Of a DNA stretch of 64,000 nt, positions 52,831-64,000 are shown one piece after another. The notes below the pieces were generated by a model that saw only the letters and a program-made list of their open reading frames with translations, searched no databases and had not been told where the DNA came from. Both the position numbers and the translations under genes were made by a program. The first letter of the stretch is position 1, and every line of letters starts with the position of its first letter. The stretch comes from Enoplolaimus lenunculus (taxonomy: Eukaryota): contig JASANG010001276.1 of the NCBI GenBank assembly GCA_030248215.1, positions 248,001 to 312,000 of the forward strand. Reading direction: 5' to 3'.

Positions 52831-52902
52831 GTGCACACTTATGATATATATATATTTAAATAAATAGAAACTGCCATATTTTTAAGTTGCATCAAGTTGC
52901 TG

Positions 52903-53315
52903 TCAGGTGAAAATTTTGAATCTAAATACATTACCTTGTACATTTAATTTAGGTGCGAGTTTTCTGATGAAAGCCGATTCCAATATATGGAGTGCTAAGT
53001 TGGAGGACGAGGAATCCGTTTTGGGCCAGGCGTCGATAATTGCGAAATCGTCAGCTGTACAGTGATGTTTATTATTTGCGCAGTGGTCAGAAATGGCTGA
53101 AGCTAACTTCAAAGTGGCGGGACGGGCTGCGAAGTTCGATCCGAAATTTGTCTATGTTCGCAAATACGCTTAAAAAGTTGGCGATTGGAAGAGCCAACGT
53201 AGCCCGATAAACAATCGGGACAAGTAAACTGATACACGATATTTGAGCGTAAATGCGTAGGGGTAACATCCTTAAAATTGAAAAACTGTGCAATTCGTTT
53301 TTGAGCTTCGAACAC
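52903..53315 (-). pseudogene. PLE GIY-YIG endonuclease domain, frameshifted
   Basis: Split between ORFs 53315-53109 and 53112-52903 (SAISDHC..HH..DDFAII..LHILESAFIRKLAPKLN). Confidence 0.85.
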
Positions 53316-53650
53316 AATTCTAATTTTTACATTAAATTTATCGAACTGTAATTTAAAGAGTCTGTTTAAATCTGATTTTAATCGGAGGGAGTGTGAACCG
53401 AAAAAGGGGAGTTTAAGGATAATGTATTTAATGGGTACCTGGATGTTGGTTCCGCTGCTTGCCGTGCTTTGGCTTTGGATGGTGCTTTGCGGCGAGGCAT
53501 AGCTAGTGCTGTATGATGACGTTGAATTGAGATTTGACGTAGTTTGATTTTAAACGTTGTCAATATTTGAACTGTGATCTGAATTTACATTGCAAAATTT
53601 GTTAGTAATAAAATTTGAAAGATTGAAAGTACTGGCTTGAAGGGATTGTT

Positions 53651-56420
53651 TCAGGGATTGTGTTGTTGTGTTATTGTTGAAAGTTTTATTAAAAAACTTA
53701 AAAATGAATTATCAATAAACTGTTTTGGAAAATCGTTTGTTTTAAGGACGTTCACAAGGAAATTTAACTCGTTACTAAGCAAACTGTTGTCAGACGTTAG
53801 AGAAAAGCACCTAAATAACAGGCAATCAATGAGATTATTTTTATAAACGGTTGGAAGATGGATATTAAAGTTCATGATTTGATTGGAATATGTGGGTTTC
53901 CTGTAAATGCCAGTTTTTATGTGGCCGGATGTCGGATCCTTAATAATTTTGAGGTCCAGGAAGGATAATTGGTTATTACTTTCTTTTTCAATTGTGAAGC
54001 GTATTTTCGGGTGTTGATTATTGGAAATGTGGTCAAATTTATCAGCCGTTTCAAAATTGTTAAACACAGCGTATGTATCGTCAACATATCTCCTGTAAAA
54101 AAGCGGTCTAATTTCAGGCGGGGTCGAGCTCATAATTTTTTCTTCAAGGGACACCAGAAATATGTTGGCCATGACGGGGCCAAGGGGTGACCCCATGGTC
54201 ACACCGTCAACTTGGTTAAAAACTTTACCGTTGAATACAAATTTTAAATTAGTGGTACAGGCTCTAATAGCTTTGATGAATAAATCGTGGGGGATACTGG
54301 TGTTAATTTTTCCGTTCTGGAATGCGGTTGAGATAATTTGTATAGTATCATCCAGAGGGATGCTAGTAAATAAAGAACTTACATTGAAGGAGACCATTAT
54401 CCTATTTTTAAGATTCAAACTTTTCAGTTCGTTCGCAAATTCGAATGATGACTTGGCGGTGAATTCATTGAGGCTGATGGGTTTAAGAATTGAATCCAAC
54501 AATTTCGCCAGGTGGTGACACGCTGAATTTATAGCAGACATGATGGGTCTGACGGGTATATCTGATTTGTGGGTTTTTGGTAAACCATAGAGCAAAGGCA
54601 AGCGGGACCCTGAGGGGTTAAGTTGCTTGGCTGAAATTTTGTTAACCCATTTAAATTTTATAATGTCACTCACACGTTACCATACGTGCACTCGGCACAC
54701 GAAATGTTTCCTCCCAAAAGAAATTCAATAGCTTGTCCGGCTTATGTTTTGTCGAAACCCTTCATTTTCCAACAGTATCACCGCCATGCGCGGACATCAT
54801 AGAGTTTCACGGAAACTCTATCCGGACAAGACTGTTTTGCAGTGACACTGTCTAGGACATTGAAATGTTTGAAAAACAGTGTAGTGGACAATATTTTTAT
54901 GTGATAGACACATAGGGACACCTCAGCGGGGAAATTCAAATTTTGACGGGAAAATTCAAATTTTGGCGGGAAATTCCAATTTATATAGGCGGGAAAATGC
55001 TAATTTTGGCGGGAAATTCAAATTATGGTGGGAAAATTCAAATTTTGGCGGGAAATTCAAATTTTGGCGGGAAATTCAAATTTAGGCGGGAAAATTCAAA
55101 TTTAGGCGGAAAAATTCAAATTTTGGCGGCTAATTCAAATTTTGGCGGCAAATTCAAATTTAGGCGGGAAAATTCAAATTTTGGCGGCAAATTCAAATTT
55201 TGGCGGGAAAATTCAAATTTTGGCGCGAAATTCAAATTTTCGCCGGAAATGTTGGCGAACTTGCAAAAAGCAACAAAATTACGCTGTAAATTAATTACCT
55301 TATTTAGCGCTTTCCGACGACACCTTTTAGACTGTAACGACAAAGTCCGACAATTCACGTAACCTCTATATTTAATATTAACTTAATGCGCAAACAGTAT
55401 ACAAAATGTCTGTCAATGCAATAAAGTCTATGCGGACATTTTTTATTTAGAGATAAAATTTCCGCACACAATTACGCAATAACAGTATAGCTAGCCTTTT
55501 TAAAACAGTATAGGGGGACGATGGATGTGCCGAGTATACAAAATGTCTGTCAATGCAATAAAGTCTATGCGGACATTTTTTATTTAGAGATAAAATTTCC
55601 GCACACAGTTACGCAATAACTGTATAGCTAGCCTTTTTAAAACAGTATAGGGGGACGATGGATGTGCCGAGTGCACGTATGGTAACGTGTGAGCGACATA
55701 AGTTGGTTAACAATGCCTCTAATTTTATCGTCAAAGTGCACAGTGTGTAAATATACATTATCCAAGTTGTCATCTACTTTATTAAAAACTGAGTTATCCG
55801 ACAAAATGTTCATAACTTTTCTAACGTAATCCGATCGATTTAGAACAACAATGCCGCTACCCTTAACGGGTTTAGTGATAACTAATGACTTATCACGTGC
55901 TAGTTCTTGCAGACTTTCAACCCATGGTTTTGGTATATTAGGGTGATTTTTGTACCGTTTTGACATTTCGACCGTGTTAACAACTTTGTTACGAAAATCA
56001 TTGCAAAACTGAAAAGGGAGGTTTGAAATGTTGCACGCCTTAGCCAGATTCCCTGCAAAAGCTCACATTGCACAATTATTCTTTCAAACGATGTTTTATT
56101 ACATGAAATAACTAATTTCGGACCAAGAGATAACGCTTTCAATTGTATATCATTTAAACGAACACTACACAGATTTAAAACAGTACCTGAAGTATTTAAA
56201 TTGACGTACCTGCTCTTGTTATTTAACGCCGATAGACCAATAAGTTTCTTATTGTGCGTTGATTTAACCTGACTACGTTTAAATTCTGTAAACCATTTTA
56301 TATAGACAGACATGTCGAATTTTTCCAGGTACGGTAAACGGCCTTCTGGCCATTTTTCAGATTTAATGGCCTCAGGCGTAAGTGATTTAATTCGGTCTCT
56401 TTTTTACCTTATTTCACCAT
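53651..56420 (-). pseudogene. PLE reverse transcriptase, interrupted and frameshifted
   Basis: ORFs 56313-55900, 55966-55699 (ITKPVKGSGIVVLNRSDY) and 54660-53651. Removing the 54664-55698 insert plus one TAA restores GIVNQL-IKFKWVNK. Motif A reads VSFNV where VSFDV is expected (catalytic Asp lost). Confidence 0.88.
54664..55698. mobile_element. 1035-bp non-autonomous DNA transposon inserted in the PLE RT (3-bp TSD TAA)
   Basis: TAA|TGTCACTCACACGTTACCATACGTGCACTCGGCAC ... GTGCCGAGTGCACGTATGGTAACGTGTGAGCGACA|TAA (35-bp TIR, 1 mismatch); internal ~20-bp AAATTCAAATTTTGGCGGGA minisatellite (~54926-55245) and a ~137-bp internal direct duplication (~55397-55670). Confidence 0.92.
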
Positions 56421-56424
56421 TTAA

Positions 56425-58036
56425 CCCTCAACGGCCCGGCAAAATTTTCACCTTAATCAGCCCAACGGTCTACATATGTAGACAACACAACTAGCGTTAG
56501 TTTTGGCTTATCTCAGGGTGCTCTCCTCCTTTAACTGGCTTGAGACAGTCAGAACTAGTGTTCTGGCGGAGTTCCACCCGCTCCCCGTCCAGCCTCCCAC
56601 TGCGGGCGCGTTGTCCAGTTAAGTGGTCCTTGCACACTCGTTTTCCACATGACGAACAGCTCAATCTCGTCGATTTGCGACAACTTGTGACCTGACATTT
56701 GGTCGGTTTACCAGATGTAGAAGGTTCGTTTCGCTTTTGAGGCAGCCCGTAAGCCATAAATGAATCCTTTGATTTTGCGTAAATTTTTTCACTACTGTAA
56801 CGTTTGGTCATATTGTCTTGCGCTAGTTGTTCGGCTACTTTTTTCATGAAAACATTGCGTGACTTTTGATATCCGTTCAGTTTCATGACAATGAATGCGT
56901 TGTGCAACGGTACTTAGCAGGTTTCGCCGGCATGTACGCTCGCCCCGGTGCATATCCTCTATACCCGTAGAGCTGTTCATCTACTGTAAGTGATTCGGAC
57001 GGTATATAATGAAGACGTAAGTTGGACTGAAATAGGTCCCAAACATCTCGTATAGCAGCCATTTTGTCACTTTTTTGACGCTCCCGGCGAGTCAGTTTGT
57101 TGTCGAATGTTACATTTTCCAGCAACTGTTTCATTCTGTTTTTTGACAGCGCGCAGCGGTAAAAGGGCCTGCTGTCGTTTTTGGTGAATAGTGAAGCCAC
57201 TGGAGACATGTCATCGCGATCTGCACCAGCTCTGATTACCACCCCAAGCCAAGCTTTCAGCTCGCACATTGGTAGCGTTGAAAAATTGCGCGCCCGCAGT
57301 CGCCTACTAGTGAGTCGCTGAATTGTATGTAAAATGGGCTCGTTTATATAAAGATAAAATGCTTGTGACTCTGTTGTAGGGTTTACTGCAGTGCCTTCGC
57401 GAAAGCGAATTATATTTCTAGCTAACACACGGACAGGCGGTGTTGTAGAATGCCACTCAACACCCGTCGCTGACAAAAACACATTACTTCCACTAGAAGT
57501 CTCGTCCATATCGCTCAACTCACTACTAGATGCGTGCGATTGTTTTTGTAATTCACCATCACTATCTTGCTCATAAATAGCAGCCTCTTCACTACTGCAT
57601 TGACCTAACTCAACTGATTCTGAGTCGTCATTTGAACTATTGTCGTCCGGTTTGTCATCTTCTGTCTCTGAATCACTTGGTTCTAATACACGTCGTACGA
57701 CCTCAGTCAAAGATAATTTATGCAAACCTGACATTTCCCTGACTTTACCTCACCATACAAAACCGTGTGTAAGAACAAAACGTTCCAATTCTTGTCAAAA
57801 CTCAAACTATGATCAAATCAACATCTGTCTACATATGTAGACGGTCGGGTTATATAGGTATATGACTCACTGTACAGCAAACTTTTGTTCCCACAATGCT
57901 ATAAGTTTTTTATACTACTATAACAGAATAATTATCGATGGAAATTAAACAATAGATTCTTAACTATAGCACCTGCCGAACAATCAATTGTCGAACTGGT
58001 TATGTCTACATATGTAGACTGTCGGGCCATTGAGGG
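56425..58036 (-). mobile_element. piggyBac transposon, internally deleted, inserted in the PLE
   Basis: TTAA|CCCTCAACGGCCCG ... CGGGCCATTGAGGG|TTAA; contains transposase fragments. Confidence 0.95.
56497..57734 (-). pseudogene. piggyBac transposase with central deletion
   Basis: Acidic N-terminus, then ELKAWLG, TFDNK..R..DKMAAIR, LTVDEQL..YRG...YMPAKPAKY, fused out of frame to HNAFIV..R..FMKKVAEQL and a C-terminal Cys-rich domain (CQVTSC..CSSCGKRVCKDH). The segment with the 2nd and 3rd catalytic Asp is absent. Confidence 0.9.
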
Positions 58037-58535
58037 TTAAAATACATTGCGGCGAATAGCAGGGTTTTTGAGCGTAAAGAATTTTGGTGATAGACAAGTC
58101 TATATATTGTTCAAGGAATGTAATGTCTTCTTCAGCTTTCATAATCTTATTTCTATGGTTTAGCCAGTTTCTGAACATTTTTAAGAACTGTTTACCGTAT
58201 TTGGATCGAACACTGCTAAAAATTCCACCTTTAAAGACGCTTTGGACTAAGTTTTCAATTGCATTCACTGTACAGCTGACGATTTCGCAACTATCGACGC
58301 CTGGCCCAAAACGGATTCATCGTCATCCAACTTAGCACTCCATACATTGGAATCGGCTTTCATCAGAAAACTCGCACCTAAATTAAATATACAAGCTATT
58401 CAGATTCAAAATTTTCACCTGACAGAAACTTGATGCAACTTAAAAATAAGGCAGTTTCTATTTATTTAATATTTATATAATATTCTCTGCTTTTTCAAAT
58501 ATATATATGTATATATGTTTATATATCTATATATA

Positions 58536-59198
58536 TCCCATCTGTCCCAACTGTCCCAACTGTCCAATCTGTCCCAAGTGTACCATCTGCCCCAACTGTC
58601 CCATCTGTCCCAACTGACCAATCTGTCCCAAGTGTCCCATCTGTCCCATCTGTCCCAACTGGCCCATCTGTCCCGCTGTCCATCTGTTCCAACTGTCTCA
58701 TCTGTCCCGCTGTCCATCTGTCCCAACTGTCCCATCTGTCCCTACTGTCCCGTCTGTCCTACTGTCCCATCTGTCCCAAGTGTCCCATCTGTCCCAACTG
58801 TCCCATCTGTCTCAAGTGTCCCAACTGTCCCAACTGTCCCATCTGTCCCGCTATCCCATCTGTCCCAAGTGTCCCATCTGTCCCAACTGTTCCAAGTGTC
58901 CCATCTGTCACATCTGCCCCGCTTTCCCATCTGTCCCATCTGTCCCAACTGTCCCATCTGTCCCATCTGTCCCAACTGTCCCAACTGTCCCATCTGTCCT
59001 ATTGTCCCATCTGTCCCAATTGTCCCATCTGTCTCAACTGTCCCATCTGTCCCAACTGTTCCATCTGTCCCGCTATCCCGTTTGTCCCAACTGTCCCATC
59101 TGTCCCAAGTGTCCCAACTGTTCCAAGTGTCCCATCTATATCAACTGTCCCATCTGTTCCATCTGTCCCAAGTGTCCCATCTGTCACAACTGTCCCAT
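58536..59198 (+). repeat. 9-bp satellite (CTGTCCCAT/CTGTCCCAA)n
   Basis: Read directly; produces the low-complexity SHLSQL / PICPNC ORFs. Confidence 0.95.
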
Positions 59199-59740
59199 TG
59201 AGCGAAAAACGCTGCGCCCAAAATCCCAATTTCGCGGCTAATATTAGAATTTACCAGAACCCCAATTTCCCGGGTAATATCCCTATTTCCCAAAATGCCG
59301 AGCGAAAAAGCGGCGCCCACAATCCCAATTTCCCGGCTGATATCCGAATTTCCCAAAATCCCAATTTCCCGGGTAATATCCCAATTTCCCAAAATCCTGT
59401 GCGAAAATGGCTGCGCCCAAAATCCCAATTTCACGGCTAATATTCGAATTTCCCAGTATCTCAATTTCCCGGGTAATATCCCAATTTCCCAAAATCCTGA
59501 GCGAAAAACGCTGCGCTCAAAATCCCAATTTCGAGGCTAATATTCGAATTTCCCAGAATCCTAATTTCCCGGGTAATATCCCTATTTAATACCAGAATCC
59601 CGAGTGAAACAGGCTGCAACCAAATTCCCAATTTCACGACTAATATCCGAATTTCACGGGTAATTAATATCTCAATTTCCCAAAATCCCAATTTCACGGG
59701 TAATATCTCAATTTCCCAAAATCCCAATTTCCCTGATAAT
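59199..59740 (+). repeat. AAATCCCAATTTCCC-rich higher-order tandem repeat (~100-bp period), right part of the PLE host element
   Basis: GCGAAAA..GCTGCGCCC-like motif recurs near 59200, 59300, 59400 and 59500; homologous to 52560-52830. Confidence 0.85.
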
Positions 59741-62200
59741 ATACGCGAATTTTGGGACGGGCCTCTGCAGTACATGGGCAAAGAAACCAACAGGGGCAAT
59801 CGGAATTCTTTTTTTGGTAGGGAAATCCGGTATTTTTTCAGCTGAATTTTCCGGTATTGAAAATTTTTTCTCATTCGAAAATTTAAGAAAAATACATATT
59901 ATTCTAACTTATTTTTCTAAAATTGTCTGAGCGTGTATTGCCAAAATTTTCAATTTGTGTTATACCTTTTAATTATTGATCATGTTTTCTCAGCTACTGC
60001 ATTTGATTCAGGATGGTACGTTTACATCGTTAAAATCGATAAAATAGCGTTAAAAAAATTTTCGATAACAGAATCTTTTATTTTCCGGTTATGGCATTTC
60101 TTAGCTTTCGATTTTGTTTCCGGTATTTTATAATTCCGGTTGCGCCCTGGATCCGAGTGCCACTACTCACATTAGAACATAAGTAACACTTTTTCATACT
60201 GGGTCTTCATTCTGACCTGCATAATAACCCGTAGCTTGAAGCCCTATACGATTCGTAACAACAATTACGTATGCTTTATTTGTCAACATTATGTGCTCAA
60301 TAAAATAAAGCAAAGAATTTTACTAAATAAAACAAAACAATACAAATTATACAATCATGCACATTACACAGCGAACAACAAATCCTTTTGTTTGTTAAAC
60401 TAAGCTTATATACCTCGTACATCCCAGTTTTCAAATGACAATGGTGAAGATTTTGCAATGTACAAAATCAAACAATGAAGTAAAATGGAGGACGCAAATA
60501 CACAGCTAACAATGTCTCCTTAACAGTTTAGGGTATATAATTCCATGTATCATTGCCCAGTGGTTAGTGTAACGATCTAATTATGTGTACTCCGTTCTTC
60601 TGATTCCTTTCTGCGTATCATTTGGCGTTCCAATCCATCAGACATAAGATTGATGAAGAAATTAAACACTGTAGACAGCTGTGCCACACTCAAACCATAT
60701 TTCATACTAAATACTAAAACAAATAAAACCAAATCCTAAAACGACTCCTTGAGGGAGCCCCTGGCTCCACCTAGTCTCTTTTAAAACTTAAGTTAGGCTT
60801 AGGCATTGCTAGGAGGCGTTTAGTACGTAAATATGTGCCATGGCGGCTGCGTCCGCAATGTAAACTAACCTGGGGCCTTGTACGGCCATTGTATAATATT
60901 TCATTTTGTGACGGCTATTTTCGCATCTAATGACATAGCTAGGCTATGTCATCACCCAAGATGGGTGTCTGGAATCGTTGTTGTTGTTGTTATGTAGGTT
61001 TTAGAGGTGTCAACCTGATTTGCTGAGGTTGGCGGACACTCACTTGCGGGTGTCGGTTGACATGCAAATGAGGTCTAGATAGCTATGAGTTAGCCAGGAC
61101 CAGTATTCAGTCTTGAATTTTGAGCTACTGGAACAGTTTCGTTTTAAGATTGTCTTTTACGGTTTACGAGTGGTGCAGTTTCACGAGGACTTGAACGGTG
61201 ATGAACGATTAATACATTTCTAATTTATTGGAATCTTATTGCCACGGAAGCCCGATGTGAAGAAAATCTTGTGTATTGCATTTTACCTAAGGTTAGCGTA
61301 TAGCGCGTTATAGTTTTTACAGCACGGGGTGCTGTTATATTATGGAGTTTGGTCGGAAAATTGGTGCTACTCTAACGGGATTAGAGTGCACGGCTTTCCG
61401 GAAAAATCAGGGAAATTACCGGAGAATTGGCAATTGTGGACTTGTGGCTAGATTAACCAGATTCTAGGCATAAGAGCAACCGGAATTGCGAATCAGGCTA
61501 CGCCAATTAGGGCAGGCTCACCAGTGTTGTAATTGTGTGTATTTTTTTATAATCGGTGTCGTAACAGTAATTGGATGGGACATTAAATATTTACTCGGCC
61601 GCGTTAATGAATCAGAGCGATAAGCTTGCATCGGGAAGAATGAAACGAAGTTCTGGTTTGGGGTTTCATAAAACTAATAAATCACGAACTTCTGACAAAC
61701 ACCTTTTACTGTAGTGTAGGGTGCTTAAAGCGTAGGCTATGCATATGTACCATTTAAATATACAGAGAATCAGCACAAATCAGAATGCACATATTACTCA
61801 CTGACCATATATAAAAAGCTTCGGCATTAGCTTGTACTATCATATTCTTGCAAAGCCAATTCAATAATCCCGGAACACGCGGTTGTAAAATCAACAGTAT
61901 TCTGAAGATCAAGCTTTTCAAGCAACAAATTTGTGAGTAAGCAGGTTTCTTCAACAATATTTCCGGCATCTGTTTGACAACTAGCATCAGCCACAGCTCG
62001 AGCTAAAACATAAGTGTGTAAATATTTGTTAAACGAGAAAGTCTATATATACGGTACAACGAACAAAAAAATTTCACTACGGATTGCAAAGAAAAAATTG
62101 AGACTATAACAGGTTTTCAAAATGTTATTCACATTGAAATCACTTACCACTGTTGAATTTACAGTTTGAACAAGGAAATGAACAAAATATTCAGTGGTTC

Positions 62201-63236
62201 TTAATATGCGTGCGCCATATCTTTCTTCAAAATAGAATACTGCTTACTTGAAGAAGAATCCTGTTCCAAACGCTGTGGAATCAAGTTAATGTCAACCGGA
62301 GTCTGATCGATGTCACAACAAAACGACTTATAATCCTCGTTCAGTTTCACGCTAACAGCAACAAATTCTGTTGCGCAATCCAAATTTCGCGCTTTATGGT
62401 CAGATACAACCTAAATAAGTCATGACATTATTTCTAGCTCAGCTAAGCAGTGTTTTTGTTCAATAGGTTTGCTTTATCAAGATTAAATTGATAACGGCAC
62501 TAAATTCGATATTTTAGGACATAATTTGGTCTTGATTCTTTTCTTCGGAGTTACAACTTCGATAGTAATACTCAGTTACATAAATACTCGTAAAGTGGTT
62601 CGATTCACGAGTTTTTCCAAGTTAGTACCAAATCCACGAGAAGAAAACAGCATACGAACCTGGAGGCCATCAAAACCAATTGTGACATAATCACTATACC
62701 TAGTTAATAAATCCAGCTATGTCTGAGCGATTACAAAAGTAATTACCTTATATCACCTGCAAAATGTTCAATTAGCTTCTATCAAAATATTAATACTATC
62801 GTACATATATGTTCGTGCTCGTTCAAGAATTTTTATTTAATTTACGGTTACAATAATGTTTAACGACGTATAAACACAAAAAATCCGTAAACCCGGGTTC
62901 GAAAGATTGCGGTAGGACCTGCCAATTTAAAATCGCTAAAGCACCGACCTTGACTAAAACGTCAGGATGATTCTGTAAAAGTTGATCGAATGTCACAGCG
63001 CTAGGTGTCGATGGTGGATACACGAAATTTTGCTCTTTAAAGAATACAGCGATCGTTCGATGTTGCATTTCTGCGCGAATAAATCCATAATTGTGTCGCG
63101 GAAACGTTTTCATAACTCGACCCTTGAGTAGTACCGGTTGCGGTTGTGTTGACTTCCTGTGAATGCGTATTTCAATCGCGAACCATGTCGCAGCGGACGG
63201 CCCTCTGCGTGTTGCAGTGAATTCAACTTCGTCTCC
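62201..63236 (-). CDS. Exons of a cold-shock/OB-fold repeat protein (partial; 5' exons probably near or beyond the right edge)
   Basis: Exon ~63236-62949 reads GDEVEFTA..WFAIEI..LKGRVMKTFPRHNYGFIR..VFF..DVLVK|, spliced in phase 0 to ~62410-62201 VVSDHK..EFVAVSVKL. GDEVEF and G.V......YGFI resemble cold-shock-domain repeats. Confidence 0.5.
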
Positions 63237-64000
63237 TGAAAAACAAATGTTAAATGCGAACTATCAAAAGGGAAAGGTATTCAAGCAGTAAATTCAAAAA
63301 TCGACCAATATGTACTGTATATAGAGTTGTGTATTTTATCCGACTTCTGGCTGTCCGATTTGAAGGACACACAAGCGTAAAATAACAATGTTTTCCAAAA
63401 GCAAGGAAGGAGAGAAGCTAACAGTGTAAATTAGAAACGGCCCGATCCAAAATTTTACATTTACAGGGTCCGGATCTTGGCGTTAAGATCTAGCCCAGAA
63501 CCGGATCTTGCAAAAATGTCATTTCTCATTGTAACTAAGGCAAAAGAATTGTCAGGTAGAATATTTTACCAGATTTTTCCTAAAGTGATTGAATGAAAGT
63601 TATTGAAAATCTGTCAAATTTTTATGTTTGTTTTGTCTGGTTCTCTAGAAATACACTGGTATCAGCCTGGATGACATTGCAGTGATTTTCGAAAGAGCGT
63701 ATCATATGGCGTAGAGATGTACCATGCAGGGATAGAAGTTTCGGTGCCGTAAATATCGGCATTGTTTTTTAAGTTTCTGTAGCTTTTGAAGCTTAAAATT
63801 AAAATTCAAAAACCAAACGACCAACTAAACTTACAAACTATTTTTCGCCAATTTACTTTTTTGACTGAAAACAGGCAATAAGTATATACTCTTTGGACGA
63901 AACCAAAGTTAAATGTAGTTAGAAAATCTTCCTATAGCAGAGCAACAAGTATATCGCGTTACCTATTCAGACAGAAATCTCAACTTATTTATTAAACACT

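Larger units (their letters stand above)
52856..58469 (-). mobile_element. Penelope-like retroelement (RT + GIY-YIG), defective, with inverted pseudo-LTR and two nested DNA transposons
   Basis: RT motifs LYGLPKTHK..PVRPI, GVTMGSPLGPVMANIF, RRYVDDT; endonuclease NIVYQFTCPDC..YVGSSNRQLFKRICEH..LES..I..P.LN; 58265-58469 is the reverse complement of 52856-53065. Confidence 0.92.

Noticed and set aside
58466..59874. Cys/Pro-rich or collagen/antifreeze-like ORFs
   Set aside because: Open in nearly all frames because the 9-bp satellite and tandem repeats lack stop codons.
60780..61200. Minus-strand frame with TAA/TAG beside Gln codons (PT*QQQQRF..IA*LCH*MRK*PSQ), suggesting a TAR=Gln code
   Set aside because: The 30+ reconstructed exons in this window have no in-frame TAR, two genes end in TAA, and the same frame also has TGA; more likely UTR or decayed sequence.

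Overview
AT-rich, intron-rich invertebrate (metazoan) nuclear DNA, densely peppered with small transposons. Genes reconstructed by hand from GT-AG exons with matching phases: (1) the 5' part of CC2D2A/MKS6 (minus strand, 17 exons from 19053 to 1463, continuing off the left edge); (2) two tandem, highly divergent 4-exon DEG/ENaC-family channel genes (22867-29101 and 34562-38745, plus strand); (3) a 7-exon tandem-doublecortin-domain gene with an acidic/basic tail (50236-41858, minus strand); (4) exons of a cold-shock/OB-fold-repeat gene at the right edge. At 52.8-58.5 kb a dead Penelope-like retroelement with an inverted pseudo-LTR carries two nested DNA transposons: an internally deleted piggyBac and a TAA-duplicating element. 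The most unusual signals are: about 24 copies of an 8-bp-TSD, GG-terminal (Merlin-like) MITE family built around the telomere-type repeat TTAGGC; a TTAA-flanked MITE family carrying a tRNA-Gly-like Pol III cassette; and a 20-bp minisatellite made of about 13 extra copies of a 3' splice site in the first DEG/ENaC gene, where only the last copy is productive. All family assignments are from motif recognition only; no database searches were run.
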